Numbered from the stretch's first letter, positions 36,663 to 46,078 are shown. The stretch: DNA of 59,933 nt from an uncultured bacterium (GCA_964473735.1 CAYYQD010000004.1:1-59933); one strand, 5' to 3'. The notes: generated by a model from the letters alone, not told the origin. Numbers and translations are program-made.

Positions 36663-38564
36663 ATGTCCGACGCGAGGAACGATTACAGAGCGGAGGCGAT
36701 CCGCGTACTGAAGGGCCTTGAAGGGGTGAGGCGTCGCCCCGCCATGTACATTGGCGACACGGGACGCAGAGGATTCCACCACCTGCTCCTTGAGATACTT
36801 GACAACGCCGTTGACGAGGCCCTTGCGGGTTATTCCAAGAACATAACCGTCACCCTACACACCGATGGTTCCGTATCCGTTGAGGACGACGGGCGCGGAA
36901 TACCCACGGATCCCCATCCGGAGCTGGGTATAAGCGGGGTTGAGGTGGTCTTTACGGTATTGCACGCCGGAGGCAAGTTTGACAGAAAGGCCTATCAGGT
37001 TTCTGGAGGGCTCCACGGTGTGGGGGCGTCCGTAGTGAACGCCCTCTCCGAATGGACAGAGGTCGTGGTCAAGAGGGACGGGAGGACCTGGAGGGCGAAG
37101 TTCAGCAGAGGGGAGATCGTGGAGCCCCTCCGGGCTATAGGAGAGGCGGAGGGTACGGGTACTCTGGTGAGGTTTAAACCTGACCCCGAGATCTTCGGAC
37201 ATCAGGAGTGGGACAGGGACTTCATAAAGCAGAGACTCCGGGAGCTCGCCTATCTCGTTTCCGGGGTAAGGTTCAGGTTCAAGGACGAGACTACGGGTGA
37301 GGAGGAGGTGTACGAAAGCGGGGGACTCGTGGATTTCCTGCTGTACGTGGATGAGGGGAACCAACCTCTCTTCTCCCCACCCTTTTACGTGAAGAAGCGG
37401 GAGGGGGACTACGAGTTAGAGGTCGCCCTCCATTACACGGATACGGACGACGAGAGGATACTATCCTTCGTCAATACCATCCAAACTACGGAGGGTGGCA
37501 CCCACGTCACCGGACTCAGGGCCGCTCTGACCAAGACCATAAACGAGTACGCTCAATCCCACAACATGCTCCGGGAGCTGAAGGGGAAGAGCCTGTCCGG
37601 TGAGGACGTCAGGGAGGGGATCACGGCCATAATCCACGTTAAACTTCCCGAGCCCCAGTTTGAAGGCCAGACCAAGACTAAGCTCGGAACCGCCGCCGCG
37701 CGGACCTTCGTTGAGAGCGTTGTGGCCAGAGAGCTGAGGAGGTTCCTGGACGAGAACCCCAAGGCGGCGCAGTCCATAATACAGAAGGCCATACTGGCCG
37801 CCAAGTCAAGGGCTGCAGCCCGGAAGGCCCGGGAGCTGGTGAAGCGCAAGAGCTTCCTTGAGTCCGACACCCTCCCCGGCAAGCTGGCCGACTGCATAAC
37901 CAGAGACCCGAGTGAGGCCGAGCTGTTCATCGTGGAGGGCGATTCTGCCGGGGGATCCGCCAAGCAGGCGAGGGACCGCAGAACGCAGGCCATACTCCCC
38001 ATAAGGGGTAAGATAAGGAACGTTGAGAAGGCCGAGACGGTGAAGGTCCTGTCCAACGCGGAGGTCAGGGCCATCATAAGTGCCATAGGGTGCGGAATAA
38101 AGGACGAGTGCGACCCCTCCAAGTCCCGATACGGCAAGATCATAATAATGAGCGACGCCGACGTAGATGGGGCCCACATCCGTACCCTTCTCCTGACCCT
38201 GTTCTGGCGATTCATGAAACCCTTAGTGGAGAAGGGGTACATCTACATAGCCATGCCACCCCTCTACAGGGTGCAGAAAGGGAAGCAGGTCAGGTACGTC
38301 TATTCCGACGAGGAGTTAGAGGCCGTAAAGCGGGAGTGGGGAGATAACCTGACCATACAGCGGTACAAGGGGTTGGGTGAGATGAACCCCGAGCAGCTCT
38401 GGGAGACCACCATGAACCCCGAAACCCGTACCCTTAAGAGGGTCACCGTGGAGGACGCCGTTGAGGCCGACCACCTCTTCTCCGTCCTGATGGGAAAGGT
38501 GGTTGAGCGCCGAAGGGAGTTCATAGAGCAGAACGCGCGGTTCGTAAAGAACCTGGACATCTAA
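36663..38564 (+). CDS. gyrB: Type IIA topoisomerase subunit B (DNA gyrase B-like)
   Basis: VRRRPAMYIG, DDGRGIP, GGLHGVG, EGDSAGG, DADVDG, RYKGLGEMN, C-terminal NLDI; ParE not excluded. Confidence 0.88.
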   Translation: MSDARNDYRAEAIRVLKGLEGVRRRPAMYIGDTGRRGFHHLLLEILDNAVDEALAGYSKNITVTLHTDGSVSVEDDGRGIPTDPHPELGISGVEVVFTVLHAGGKFDRKAYQVSGGLHGVGASVVNALSEWTEVVVKRDGRTWRAKFSRGEIVEPLRAIGEAEGTGTLVRFKPDPEIFGHQEWDRDFIKQRLRELAYLVSGVRFRFKDETTGEEEVYESGGLVDFLLYVDEGNQPLFSPPFYVKKREGDYELEVALHYTDTDDERILSFVNTIQTTEGGTHVTGLRAALTKTINEYAQSHNMLRELKGKSLSGEDVREGITAIIHVKLPEPQFEGQTKTKLGTAAARTFVESVVARELRRFLDENPKAAQSIIQKAILAAKSRAAARKARELVKRKSFLESDTLPGKLADCITRDPSEAELFIVEGDSAGGSAKQARDRRTQAILPIRGKIRNVEKAETVKVLSNAEVRAIISAIGCGIKDECDPSKSRYGKIIIMSDADVDGAHIRTLLLTLFWRFMKPLVEKGYIYIAMPPLYRVQKGKQVRYVYSDEELEAVKREWGDNLTIQRYKGLGEMNPEQLWETTMNPETRTLKRVTVEDAVEADHLFSVLMGKVVERRREFIEQNARFVKNLDI

Positions 38565-38565
38565 G

Positions 38566-39645
38566 GTGTTAGCCGACCTGCTCCAGAGCCTGCGGCACCT
38601 GAACATCGTCTTCAACCTCTTCTCCTATCTGACCTTCCGCTCCGCCATCGCCTTCGTTCTCTCCTTCGTACTTACCTACTTCCTCCTGCGATGGTACATA
38701 AGGAGGTTCGGCTCCAGCCTGTACGAGCGTATATCCGAAGACGTACCCGAGAGACACAAGAAGAAAGAGGGCACACCCTCCTCCGGAGGGATCATCTTCG
38801 TATCCGTGGCCCTGGTGGTCACCCTGCTTATGGCCTCTCCGGTTCCCGCCGTACTGACGGCCGTCTTCACCACGGCGGTTATGGGGGGGATGGGACTGAT
38901 AGACGACCTCTCAAAACTTCGGAGGGTGGAGAAAAAGGGAGGGTTGTCCAAGAGGGTCAAACTCGTCTTCCAGATCGGCTTAGGATTCGTGTTCGCGTTC
39001 GTATCCCTGCACATCTTCGGAGATAAGGCCTTCACTACGCAGATACTCTTCCTGAAGAACTACTTCATATACATGGGGTGGTTATACGTCCTGTTCGTCG
39101 CCCTGGTGCTCTCCGGCACGGCCAACGGGGTGAATCTGACGGACGGTCTGGACGGTCTGGCCACGGGGGTCGTGCTCTTCCCCTTAGTCATATTCGGCAT
39201 CATAGCGTACGTTGAGGGGAACGTCAAGTTTGCCACGTACCTGAACGTCCTCTACATCAGAGATGCCGGGCAGCTGGTCGTCTTCGCGTCCTCGTTGGCC
39301 GGGGCCCTCGTAGCCTTCCTCTGGTACAACACCCATCCGGCCGAGGTATTTATGGGAGATACAGGATCCCAGGCCATCGGAGGTGCCCTCGCCTCCCTCG
39401 CCATACTGACGAAACAGGAGCTCTTACTGGCCGTAGCCGGCGGGGTTCTGGTCTTAGAGACCCTCTCCGTAGCCCTCCAGATATGGTACTTCCGTATGAC
39501 GGGTGGTAAGAGACTCTTCCTTATGGCCCCCCTACACCATCACTTTGAGAAGTTAGGCTGGCACGAGAACAAGATAGTCGTTCGTTTCTGGATAATGTCC
39601 CTCCTGTTCTCCCTCCTCGCCTTAGCGACCCTTAAGGTCAGGTAA
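38566..39645 (+). CDS. mraY: Phospho-N-acetylmuramoyl-pentapeptide transferase
   Basis: KEGTPSSGG, NLTDGLDGLA, VFMGDTGS, MAPLHHHFE. Confidence 0.96.
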   Translation: MLADLLQSLRHLNIVFNLFSYLTFRSAIAFVLSFVLTYFLLRWYIRRFGSSLYERISEDVPERHKKKEGTPSSGGIIFVSVALVVTLLMASPVPAVLTAVFTTAVMGGMGLIDDLSKLRRVEKKGGLSKRVKLVFQIGLGFVFAFVSLHIFGDKAFTTQILFLKNYFIYMGWLYVLFVALVLSGTANGVNLTDGLDGLATGVVLFPLVIFGIIAYVEGNVKFATYLNVLYIRDAGQLVVFASSLAGALVAFLWYNTHPAEVFMGDTGSQAIGGALASLAILTKQELLLAVAGGVLVLETLSVALQIWYFRMTGGKRLFLMAPLHHHFEKLGWHENKIVVRFWIMSLLFSLLALATLKVR

Positions 39646-39706
39646 TGCATCGCCTGTCTGAAGTTCAACGGTATAATCTTCGGCCTGTGCTAAAGGAGGG
39701 GGACAG

Positions 39707-40822
39707 TTGAAGGTAAAGGGGCCCATTCTGATAACGGGGGGGTTGGGGTTCTTGGGTAGCTGGACGGTGGAGGAGGCCGTGCGGCGCGGGTACAAGGTCG
39801 TGGTGGTGGATGCTCTGACCTACGCCGCCAACCCGGATAACCTCTCCAGCCTTAAGGTACGGTTCGTGGTGCCGTTCAGGAGACACTTCTGGACTCTCGT
39901 CCGTTTTGGCTCTGGTTCTCCCGAACCCCTTGGGGATCCCCCCGACGTTTCCAGCTTAGGGGTGGCAGGGGATCCCGAGAAGGAGATACTGGACTTCCTA
40001 TCCTCGGATCTGGACGTTCTCGTTATACTCGCCTCGGTTGAGGATTACCCGCTCATGAAGGCGGTCATGCCCCACGTTGAGGGAGTAATACACTTAGCCG
40101 CGGAAACCCACGTGGATAGGTCCATTGAGGACGCATGGGACTTCGTAAGGGCCGAAATCCTTGGGTTCTACAGTACCGTGGATGCCTTCCGCAGGGCAAA
40201 GGGAAGGGACGGTAGGTTCCTCCTAATATCCACCGACGAGGTCTTAGGGGAGGTGATGGAGGGTGCGGTGGGGGAGGACGCCCCGCTGATGCCACGGAAT
40301 CCGTACGCTGCGGCGAAATCCTCGCAGGAACACTTCGCCCAGAGCTACATAAACACCTACGGTATCCCCATAACTATCCTCAGGCCCACCAACGCCTACG
40401 GCCCACGCCAACACTCCGAGAAGTTCGTACCGAAGATCATCCTGAACGCCCTGCGGGGTGCTCCCATTCCGGTCTACGGGGACGGAAGGCAGAGGCGCGT
40501 ATGGATTTACGCCGAAGACGTTGCCATCGGTATAATGGACGTGTTTGAGAGGGGGAACTTTCCCGACATTTACCACATGGCCAGCCCCGACGAGATGGAA
40601 AACCTCGCCCTCGTCAAAAAAATCCTGAGGATGATTGGAAAGTCAGAGGACCTCATAACCTTCGTAAAGGACAGGCCGGGCCACGATCGGAGGTACTCCC
40701 TGAGGTGGGATAAGATAAAGGCTCTGGGGTGGTCGCCCAGGACGTCTCTGGACGCCGGGCTCAGGGCCACGATAAAGTACTACGTAGAACGTTATGCTAA
40801 CAGACCTTCTGTTCGCGGATAA
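39707..40822 (+). CDS. rfbB: dTDP-glucose 4,6-dehydratase
   Basis: TGGLGFLG, DALTYA, AAETHVDRS, STDEV, YAAAK, DRPGHDRRY; SD AGGAGG before TTG. Confidence 0.9.
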   Translation: MKVKGPILITGGLGFLGSWTVEEAVRRGYKVVVVDALTYAANPDNLSSLKVRFVVPFRRHFWTLVRFGSGSPEPLGDPPDVSSLGVAGDPEKEILDFLSSDLDVLVILASVEDYPLMKAVMPHVEGVIHLAAETHVDRSIEDAWDFVRAEILGFYSTVDAFRRAKGRDGRFLLISTDEVLGEVMEGAVGEDAPLMPRNPYAAAKSSQEHFAQSYINTYGIPITILRPTNAYGPRQHSEKFVPKIILNALRGAPIPVYGDGRQRRVWIYAEDVAIGIMDVFERGNFPDIYHMASPDEMENLALVKKILRMIGKSEDLITFVKDRPGHDRRYSLRWDKIKALGWSPRTSLDAGLRATIKYYVERYANRPSVRG

Positions 40823-41879
40823 CCCCTGGTGGCTGGGGAAGGAGGTGCCGCTACCGGAGAGGCTCCTACCCTTCTCTGATCTACCGGGTACGTACAGGTT
40901 CTGGGTACCGCCGGGAGGAATATCCGTGAGGGACCTGAAGGGGATGGCTTACGGTTGGACGAAGAGGTGGGGTCAGTACTCCGCCTTTCTTATAGACCTC
41001 TCGCGGGTTGAGATCCCCATCTCGGAGTTTGAGAACGCCCTTGACTTCTATCTGAGCCGCCTCCACGTGGCCAGCGAGAGGCACCTCCTCATAATAAACG
41101 CCGCCCAGTGGGTGGAGGAAACCGTCCTGCGGGAGTTCCTTGACGAGAGCTACACGACCCTGCTCATATACGGGGTGAGACCCAGGGGAAAACACAGGGT
41201 AATACTCCCGTACTACCCCGACTCCCCATCCACGGGTGAGGTGCGTGAGGCCTTCTGGAGTGGGGACGTGGCCAGGGCGAAGGAGATCCTATCCGGATAC
41301 GGACGTACGTTTATGCGAAAGGTAAAATCCTACTTCTGGAAGTACGTGGTGGGATTCCCACCCGACGAGCGCATGTACGAGAGCATCCTTAAGATGTACG
41401 CCATCGTCCACGAGTACTACGACGTCAGGGAGAAGGAGATGTTCCGTAAGGTCCTGTCCTATCTGGTCGGAAACGCCGGAGGGAGGATAAAGTTCCGTGA
41501 GGCTGCGGAGTCCATAGGAGTCAGGTTTGAGACCTTCAGGGCCTTTATGGATCAGCTGATAAGCGTAGGATTGATATACGAGTTTTACCACGTCAACAGG
41601 GAGAGTCCGAGGGCACCGAGGATCGTGCTCTTAGCCAACGGACACTTCCATCACCTGCTTAAGCACACCGACCAGAGGGACATCCTCATGCTGGACGAAG
41701 GATCGGACGACGTCCTCCCTTTCCTCCTACCCTACGTCATCGGTAAGGCTATGGAGAGAGGGGTCTCCGTAATGTTTGAGGACGAGGGCGGAAAGCACCT
41801 GTACTTTGATACCGAAGAGCCCTTCACCGTGCGTCTGGGTGAAGAAGTATCTCCGATTGAAATAGTGGGAATGCTATGA
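40794..41879 (+). CDS. Hypothetical protein resembling a degenerate AAA+/DUF4143-type ATP-binding protein
   Basis: N-terminal NPWW, GFP motif and winged-helix-like segment as in that family, but no Walker A/B. Confidence 0.5.
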   Translation: MLTDLLFADNPWWLGKEVPLPERLLPFSDLPGTYRFWVPPGGISVRDLKGMAYGWTKRWGQYSAFLIDLSRVEIPISEFENALDFYLSRLHVASERHLLIINAAQWVEETVLREFLDESYTTLLIYGVRPRGKHRVILPYYPDSPSTGEVREAFWSGDVARAKEILSGYGRTFMRKVKSYFWKYVVGFPPDERMYESILKMYAIVHEYYDVREKEMFRKVLSYLVGNAGGRIKFREAAESIGVRFETFRAFMDQLISVGLIYEFYHVNRESPRAPRIVLLANGHFHHLLKHTDQRDILMLDEGSDDVLPFLLPYVIGKAMERGVSVMFEDEGGKHLYFDTEEPFTVRLGEEVSPIEIVGML

Positions 41880-42850
41880 GGTACACGGACGCCGGCGTCT
41901 CTCTGGGTAAAGCCAGTGCCTTGGTAGGATGGTTAAAGGGGCGTCTAAAGGGGGAGGTCGGCTCCTTCTCCGCCCGCGTGAAGCTGGGGGGAGATACCCT
42001 TCTCCTATCAACCGACGGTATAGGAACTAAAATCCTCCTCGCCCTTAAGTACTACCGTTTAACCGGGGATGGAGGGGTTCTCCTCGCTCTGGGACAGGAC
42101 CTGGTGGCCATGGTATCCAACGACATCTTAGCCGATGGAGGGCGTACGCTCTACTTCCTTGACTACTTCGCCACCGGTAATCTGGAACCGGAAGTGGCCC
42201 GGATCGTCCTGGAGGGGATTATCAGGGCCACACGTAGGGTGGGGGCCAGACTCGTGGGAGGAGAGACGGCGGAGCTACCGGGTATGCTGCCCAAAGGTAC
42301 GTTTGACGTGGCGGGGTTCGGCGTGGGCGTTCCCATGCTCAAGAGGAGGAGGAGGGTGAAGCCGGGCGACGTCCTGATCGCCTTCCCATCCTCGGGGTTC
42401 CACTCCAACGGCTACTCCCTGATAAGGCGTATAGTTGAAGAGAGGGGACTGGACCTCCTTAAGACCTACAGGGAAACGGGGAGCAGGAAACCTCTCGGGG
42501 CTTTGCTCCTTAGACCCACGCGGCTTTACTATCGGGTAGGCAGGGAGATGTTCCTGAAGTACGGAGCGAAGGCCGGAGCCCACATAACGGGAGGGGGAAT
42601 ACCCGAGAACCTTCCGAGGGCCCTCTCCGGCTACGACGCCAGCGTCCGCTGGGATGCGGTGCCCACACCACGGTTTATGAGGTTCCTCCTGCAGGTTGGT
42701 GAGGTACCGGAGGACGAGGCCCGCAGGGTCTTCAACATGGGCGTGGGTTTCGTTTTCGTGGTGCCAGAGCGGAGGGTAGGGGCGGTGCTCAGGAGGTTTA
42801 AGGAGGCCTTCGTCTTGGGGGAGGTCGCAGGGAGAACTCCGTCCGTTTAA
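41876..42850 (+). CDS. purM: Phosphoribosylformylglycinamidine cyclo-ligase
   Basis: DGIGTK, GQDLVAMVSND, FLDY, GGETAE, SSGFHSNGYS, HITGGG, FNMG. Confidence 0.95.
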   Translation: MRYTDAGVSLGKASALVGWLKGRLKGEVGSFSARVKLGGDTLLLSTDGIGTKILLALKYYRLTGDGGVLLALGQDLVAMVSNDILADGGRTLYFLDYFATGNLEPEVARIVLEGIIRATRRVGARLVGGETAELPGMLPKGTFDVAGFGVGVPMLKRRRRVKPGDVLIAFPSSGFHSNGYSLIRRIVEERGLDLLKTYRETGSRKPLGALLLRPTRLYYRVGREMFLKYGAKAGAHITGGGIPENLPRALSGYDASVRWDAVPTPRFMRFLLQVGEVPEDEARRVFNMGVGFVFVVPERRVGAVLRRFKEAFVLGEVAGRTPSV

Positions 42851-42908
42851 TTGGTGTTGTACTGAACGCAGCATCTAAACCCGTCCCGTACATCGGGCGT
42901 ATTGAGAC

Positions 42909-42946
42909 GGTATCACTTATGCTGATTTTATACCCAGAGTGGTACC
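42909..42946 (-). repeat. 38-bp palindromic intergenic element, copy B
   Basis: Reverse complement GGTACCACTCTGGGTATAAAATCAGCATAAGTGATACC; first 20 nt identical to copy A. Confidence 0.85.
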
Positions 42947-43029
42947 TCCACCTTCGGACGGCGTGAATCTTGAAGAGTTGGCAGTATCCGGTAAAACACT
43001 ATAACCCCCCTATTGGTCGCCTGTACCGA

Positions 43030-44016
43030 TTATCTTACGATCACGCGGTAAATCCTCCCCTTAGAGCGTACGAAGAACACACCGGAGTATCGGAACGTGT
43101 AAGATCCGCTGAAAGTGGCGACCGTACGGCCGGAGGCATCATAAACTACCCCCTCCCGGGCATATACGGTCCTGCCCACGATACTCAGAGATTCGGTTCC
43201 GTACGGTGCCTCGGATACCCCGGTACCTACGGGACGCACGAACAGGATGGCCGTACCGCTGTCTGGGACGTGGCCCGAGGGGATGGCGTCATAAACGTAC
43301 TGGAGGTACCAGTCGGGATTAACCCCGGTGGCGGCGGTTGAGTCCTGTATTCCTATCGTAGCGTTATCGTAGTAAATGCGTGAGTTGTACTGGAGCTTTA
43401 TGTTGCCGTTGTCGTAGAAAACGACCTCAAAGTTCATGGGGATGGAGTACATACCCCTTACCGGTACGTTGTAGTACTGTACCACGGCACACGCACCGCT
43501 ATAACCGTCGGGACAGGAGGGGAAGGACTGGAAGTACATTCCACCCGTACTGTAGGCCGACGGGTCAAGGTCGTCCCACATCACGAACACCGCACCTATG
43601 CTATCTCTGGGGTAAGGGAGGGAGTCGTTTGTAAAGGAGAGTATGTTCCCGGTACCCTCTAACAGTACCCCTCCGTTGGAGCATACGGAGACCGAGTCTA
43701 TACTCTGGTCGTAAAAGGGAAAGGGAAATCCGAGGTAAAACAACGTAGAGCTGTCAGCCCCCGAGCACCAGTCGTCATCGGCATCCATGAAAACTCCGGT
43801 AGAAGTTATATCAACGTAGTTGAAAGTGACCCCGGTATCTCCGTCCTGTGTAGATAGGTAGATATATCCGTAGCCGTCTGGACCTCCGCTCGGGAGTTTA
43901 AGGTCCGTGCTACCATCCGTACGTACGGACGCGACAGGTTCAACCCTGGAGCCTCCCTTTACCGACGGGATGGCATCCGAACCCTCTAAACCTATAAATG
44001 CTAAAAGTACCATCAT
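43030..44016 (-). CDS. Secreted protein with GGPDxYGY/nidogen-like beta domain and T9SS-type CTD
   Basis: GGPDGYGY, LGFPFPFY, WDDLDP, FEVVFYDNGNIKLQY, ATIGIQ; CTD TGVSE...VYDASGR...SGVFFVR...RVIVR. Confidence 0.75.
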   Translation of the reverse strand: MMVLLAFIGLEGSDAIPSVKGGSRVEPVASVRTDGSTDLKLPSGGPDGYGYIYLSTQDGDTGVTFNYVDITSTGVFMDADDDWCSGADSSTLFYLGFPFPFYDQSIDSVSVCSNGGVLLEGTGNILSFTNDSLPYPRDSIGAVFVMWDDLDPSAYSTGGMYFQSFPSCPDGYSGACAVVQYYNVPVRGMYSIPMNFEVVFYDNGNIKLQYNSRIYYDNATIGIQDSTAATGVNPDWYLQYVYDAIPSGHVPDSGTAILFVRPVGTGVSEAPYGTESLSIVGRTVYAREGVVYDASGRTVATFSGSYTFRYSGVFFVRSKGRIYRVIVR

Positions 44017-44162
44017 GAGCGCCCCATTATAGGGCTGAAATGGGAAAATTGTGAAATTATTTTAAATCACGATCGCCACTTTTTAAAATCGTGTATCGTC
44101 GTTATCTGCTCCACGGCCGTAATGGAATCGTGCCGATGGTGGGTACGGGATTGGGCGGGAGA

Positions 44163-44200
44163 GGTGCCGCTTCCGTCAGCTTTACGTCCGAAATGGTACC
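44163..44200 (-). repeat. 38-bp palindromic intergenic element, copy D (diverged)
   Basis: Reverse complement GGTACCATTTCGGACGTAAAGCTGACGGAAGCGGCACC; like copy A, followed 13 nt later by CCCGTACCCA. Confidence 0.7.
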
Positions 44201-44302
44201 TCCGCACCGTAATATTCCCACATCGTAAAGAGGGGATGCCGGTTATCAGCTACGGTATCCGTTAGGCCCCATGCGGGGGGCGTTCCAGCGGTAAAATTCA
44301 GA

Positions 44303-46039
44303 GTGAGAAAGAACGAAGAGGTAGCGGAGATACTGGATCGGCTGGCGGATGCCCTTGAGTTCTTAGGGGAGATCCCCTACAAGGTCAGGGCCTACCGAAA
44401 AGCCGCCCGTGTGATAGAGGGTTACCCCGAGGACATAGAGGACCTGTACAGAAGGCGGGGGCTTGAGGGACTCAAGGACCTCCCCGGAGTGGGAGAGAGG
44501 ATAGCAAAGAAGATAGCCGAGTACCTTGAGACGGGCAGGATGAGTAAGTACGACGAGGTGATGGCACGGGTACCCAAGGACCTCATAGACCTCCTCACGA
44601 TTCCCGGTATAGGCCCGAGGACGTTGAAGGTGGCCTACGAAAAGCTGGGAGTTCGCACTAAGGAGGACTTCCGCAGAGTCTTAGAGGACGGCTCTCTGGC
44701 GAGGCTTCCCGGATTCGGCCCAAAGAAGGTGGATAACATAAAGAGGGCCTTAATGCTCCACGAAAGGATGGCCGGTCGTATACCCCTCGGCCTCGCCTAC
44801 CCCATAGTCCAGCACGTAGTAGAGGAGCTCAAGGGGATCCCGGAAGTTCTGGAGATACACCCGGCAGGGTCCTTCCGTCGCATGAAGGAGACCGTTGGGG
44901 ATATAGACGTACTCGTCTCGGCAGACCCCCTAAATGGTCGCGAGATAATAGAGAGGTTCGTGAGCCTGCCGGAGGTGGTTCAGGTCTTAGCCGCGGGAGA
45001 CACCAAAGGATCCGCCGTATTCGGAAGGTATCAGGTGGACCTGCGGGTTATACCGCCGGAGTCCTACGGCGCCGCCCTCCAGTACTTCACGGGAAGCAAA
45101 CAGCACAACATACACCTGCGGACGATAGCGAGGGCCAGGGGACTGAAGATATCAGAGTACGGAGTTTTTAAGGGCAACGAAAAGGTCGCCGGTGAAACCG
45201 AAGAGGAGGTATACGGGGCGGTGGGGATGCTCTGGATACCCCCGGAGATACGGGAGGACAAGGGGGAGATAGAGGCGGCCATGGAGGGCAGGCTTCCGGA
45301 CCTCGTGGATTACACGGACATAAAGGGGGACCTTCACGTCCATAGCCGATATTCTGACGGTACGGCCACCCTGGAGGAGATAGCTCTGGCAGGCCTGAAG
45401 ATGGGATACGAGTACGTGGCCGTATGCGACCACTCCCAGAGCGTGAAGTACGCCGGTGGTCTGGACATAGACACCTTGAGGTATAAGAACAGGGAGATAG
45501 ACCGCATAAACGCCTCGCTGAAGGGTATCCGGCTACTGAAAGGCACGGAGGTGGATATACTGTCCGACGGTTCCCTTGACTACCCGGACGAGGTGTTGGC
45601 CGAGCTGGACTTCGTAATAGCCGCCGTCCACTCCTGGAGAAGGGACGAGGACGTCACGGAACGGATCCTGAAGGCTATGGAGAACCCGTTCGTCCATGCG
45701 ATAGCCCATCCCACGGGAAGACTGATAGGTAAACGGGAGGGGTACAGGGTGGATATGGAGGAGGTCGTGAGAAAGGCGAAGGAGACGGGCACCTTCCTTG
45801 AGATAAACGGCTACTACGAGAGGCTTGACCTCAACGACGTCAACGCCCGATTGGCGAAGGAGAACGGTGTGAAGATAACACTGGGTACGGACACCCACCA
45901 GATAGGTCAGCTCTGGCAGATGAGGTTGGCCGTCGGTACGGCCCGAAGGGGGTGGCTGGAAAAGGGGGACGTTATAAACGTCCTTCCGCTGGAGGATCTA
46001 CTTGGGGTGCTAAGGAAAAAGAGGATGAAATCCGCCTGA
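44303..46039 (+). CDS. polX: DNA polymerase/3'-5' exonuclease PolX
   Basis: AGSFRR, GDIDVL, QVDLR, YFTGS, PHP domain GDLHVHS..SDG, DHS, AHPTGR, TDTH. Confidence 0.95.
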   Translation: MRKNEEVAEILDRLADALEFLGEIPYKVRAYRKAARVIEGYPEDIEDLYRRRGLEGLKDLPGVGERIAKKIAEYLETGRMSKYDEVMARVPKDLIDLLTIPGIGPRTLKVAYEKLGVRTKEDFRRVLEDGSLARLPGFGPKKVDNIKRALMLHERMAGRIPLGLAYPIVQHVVEELKGIPEVLEIHPAGSFRRMKETVGDIDVLVSADPLNGREIIERFVSLPEVVQVLAAGDTKGSAVFGRYQVDLRVIPPESYGAALQYFTGSKQHNIHLRTIARARGLKISEYGVFKGNEKVAGETEEEVYGAVGMLWIPPEIREDKGEIEAAMEGRLPDLVDYTDIKGDLHVHSRYSDGTATLEEIALAGLKMGYEYVAVCDHSQSVKYAGGLDIDTLRYKNREIDRINASLKGIRLLKGTEVDILSDGSLDYPDEVLAELDFVIAAVHSWRRDEDVTERILKAMENPFVHAIAHPTGRLIGKREGYRVDMEEVVRKAKETGTFLEINGYYERLDLNDVNARLAKENGVKITLGTDTHQIGQLWQMRLAVGTARRGWLEKGDVINVLPLEDLLGVLRKKRMKSA

Positions 46040-46078
46040 AACGGGCCTTATCCGTGCCGTACGGCTTTACAATTCGTT

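Noticed and set aside
44049-44066. TTGTGAAATTATTTTAAA as a Rex-like operator
   Set aside because: Right half-site has three mismatches; probably just AT-rich DNA
12411-44200. 38-bp repeats read as a CRISPR array or integron attC sites
   Set aside because: Dispersed, not regularly spaced; no cas or intI genes; no attC core motifs
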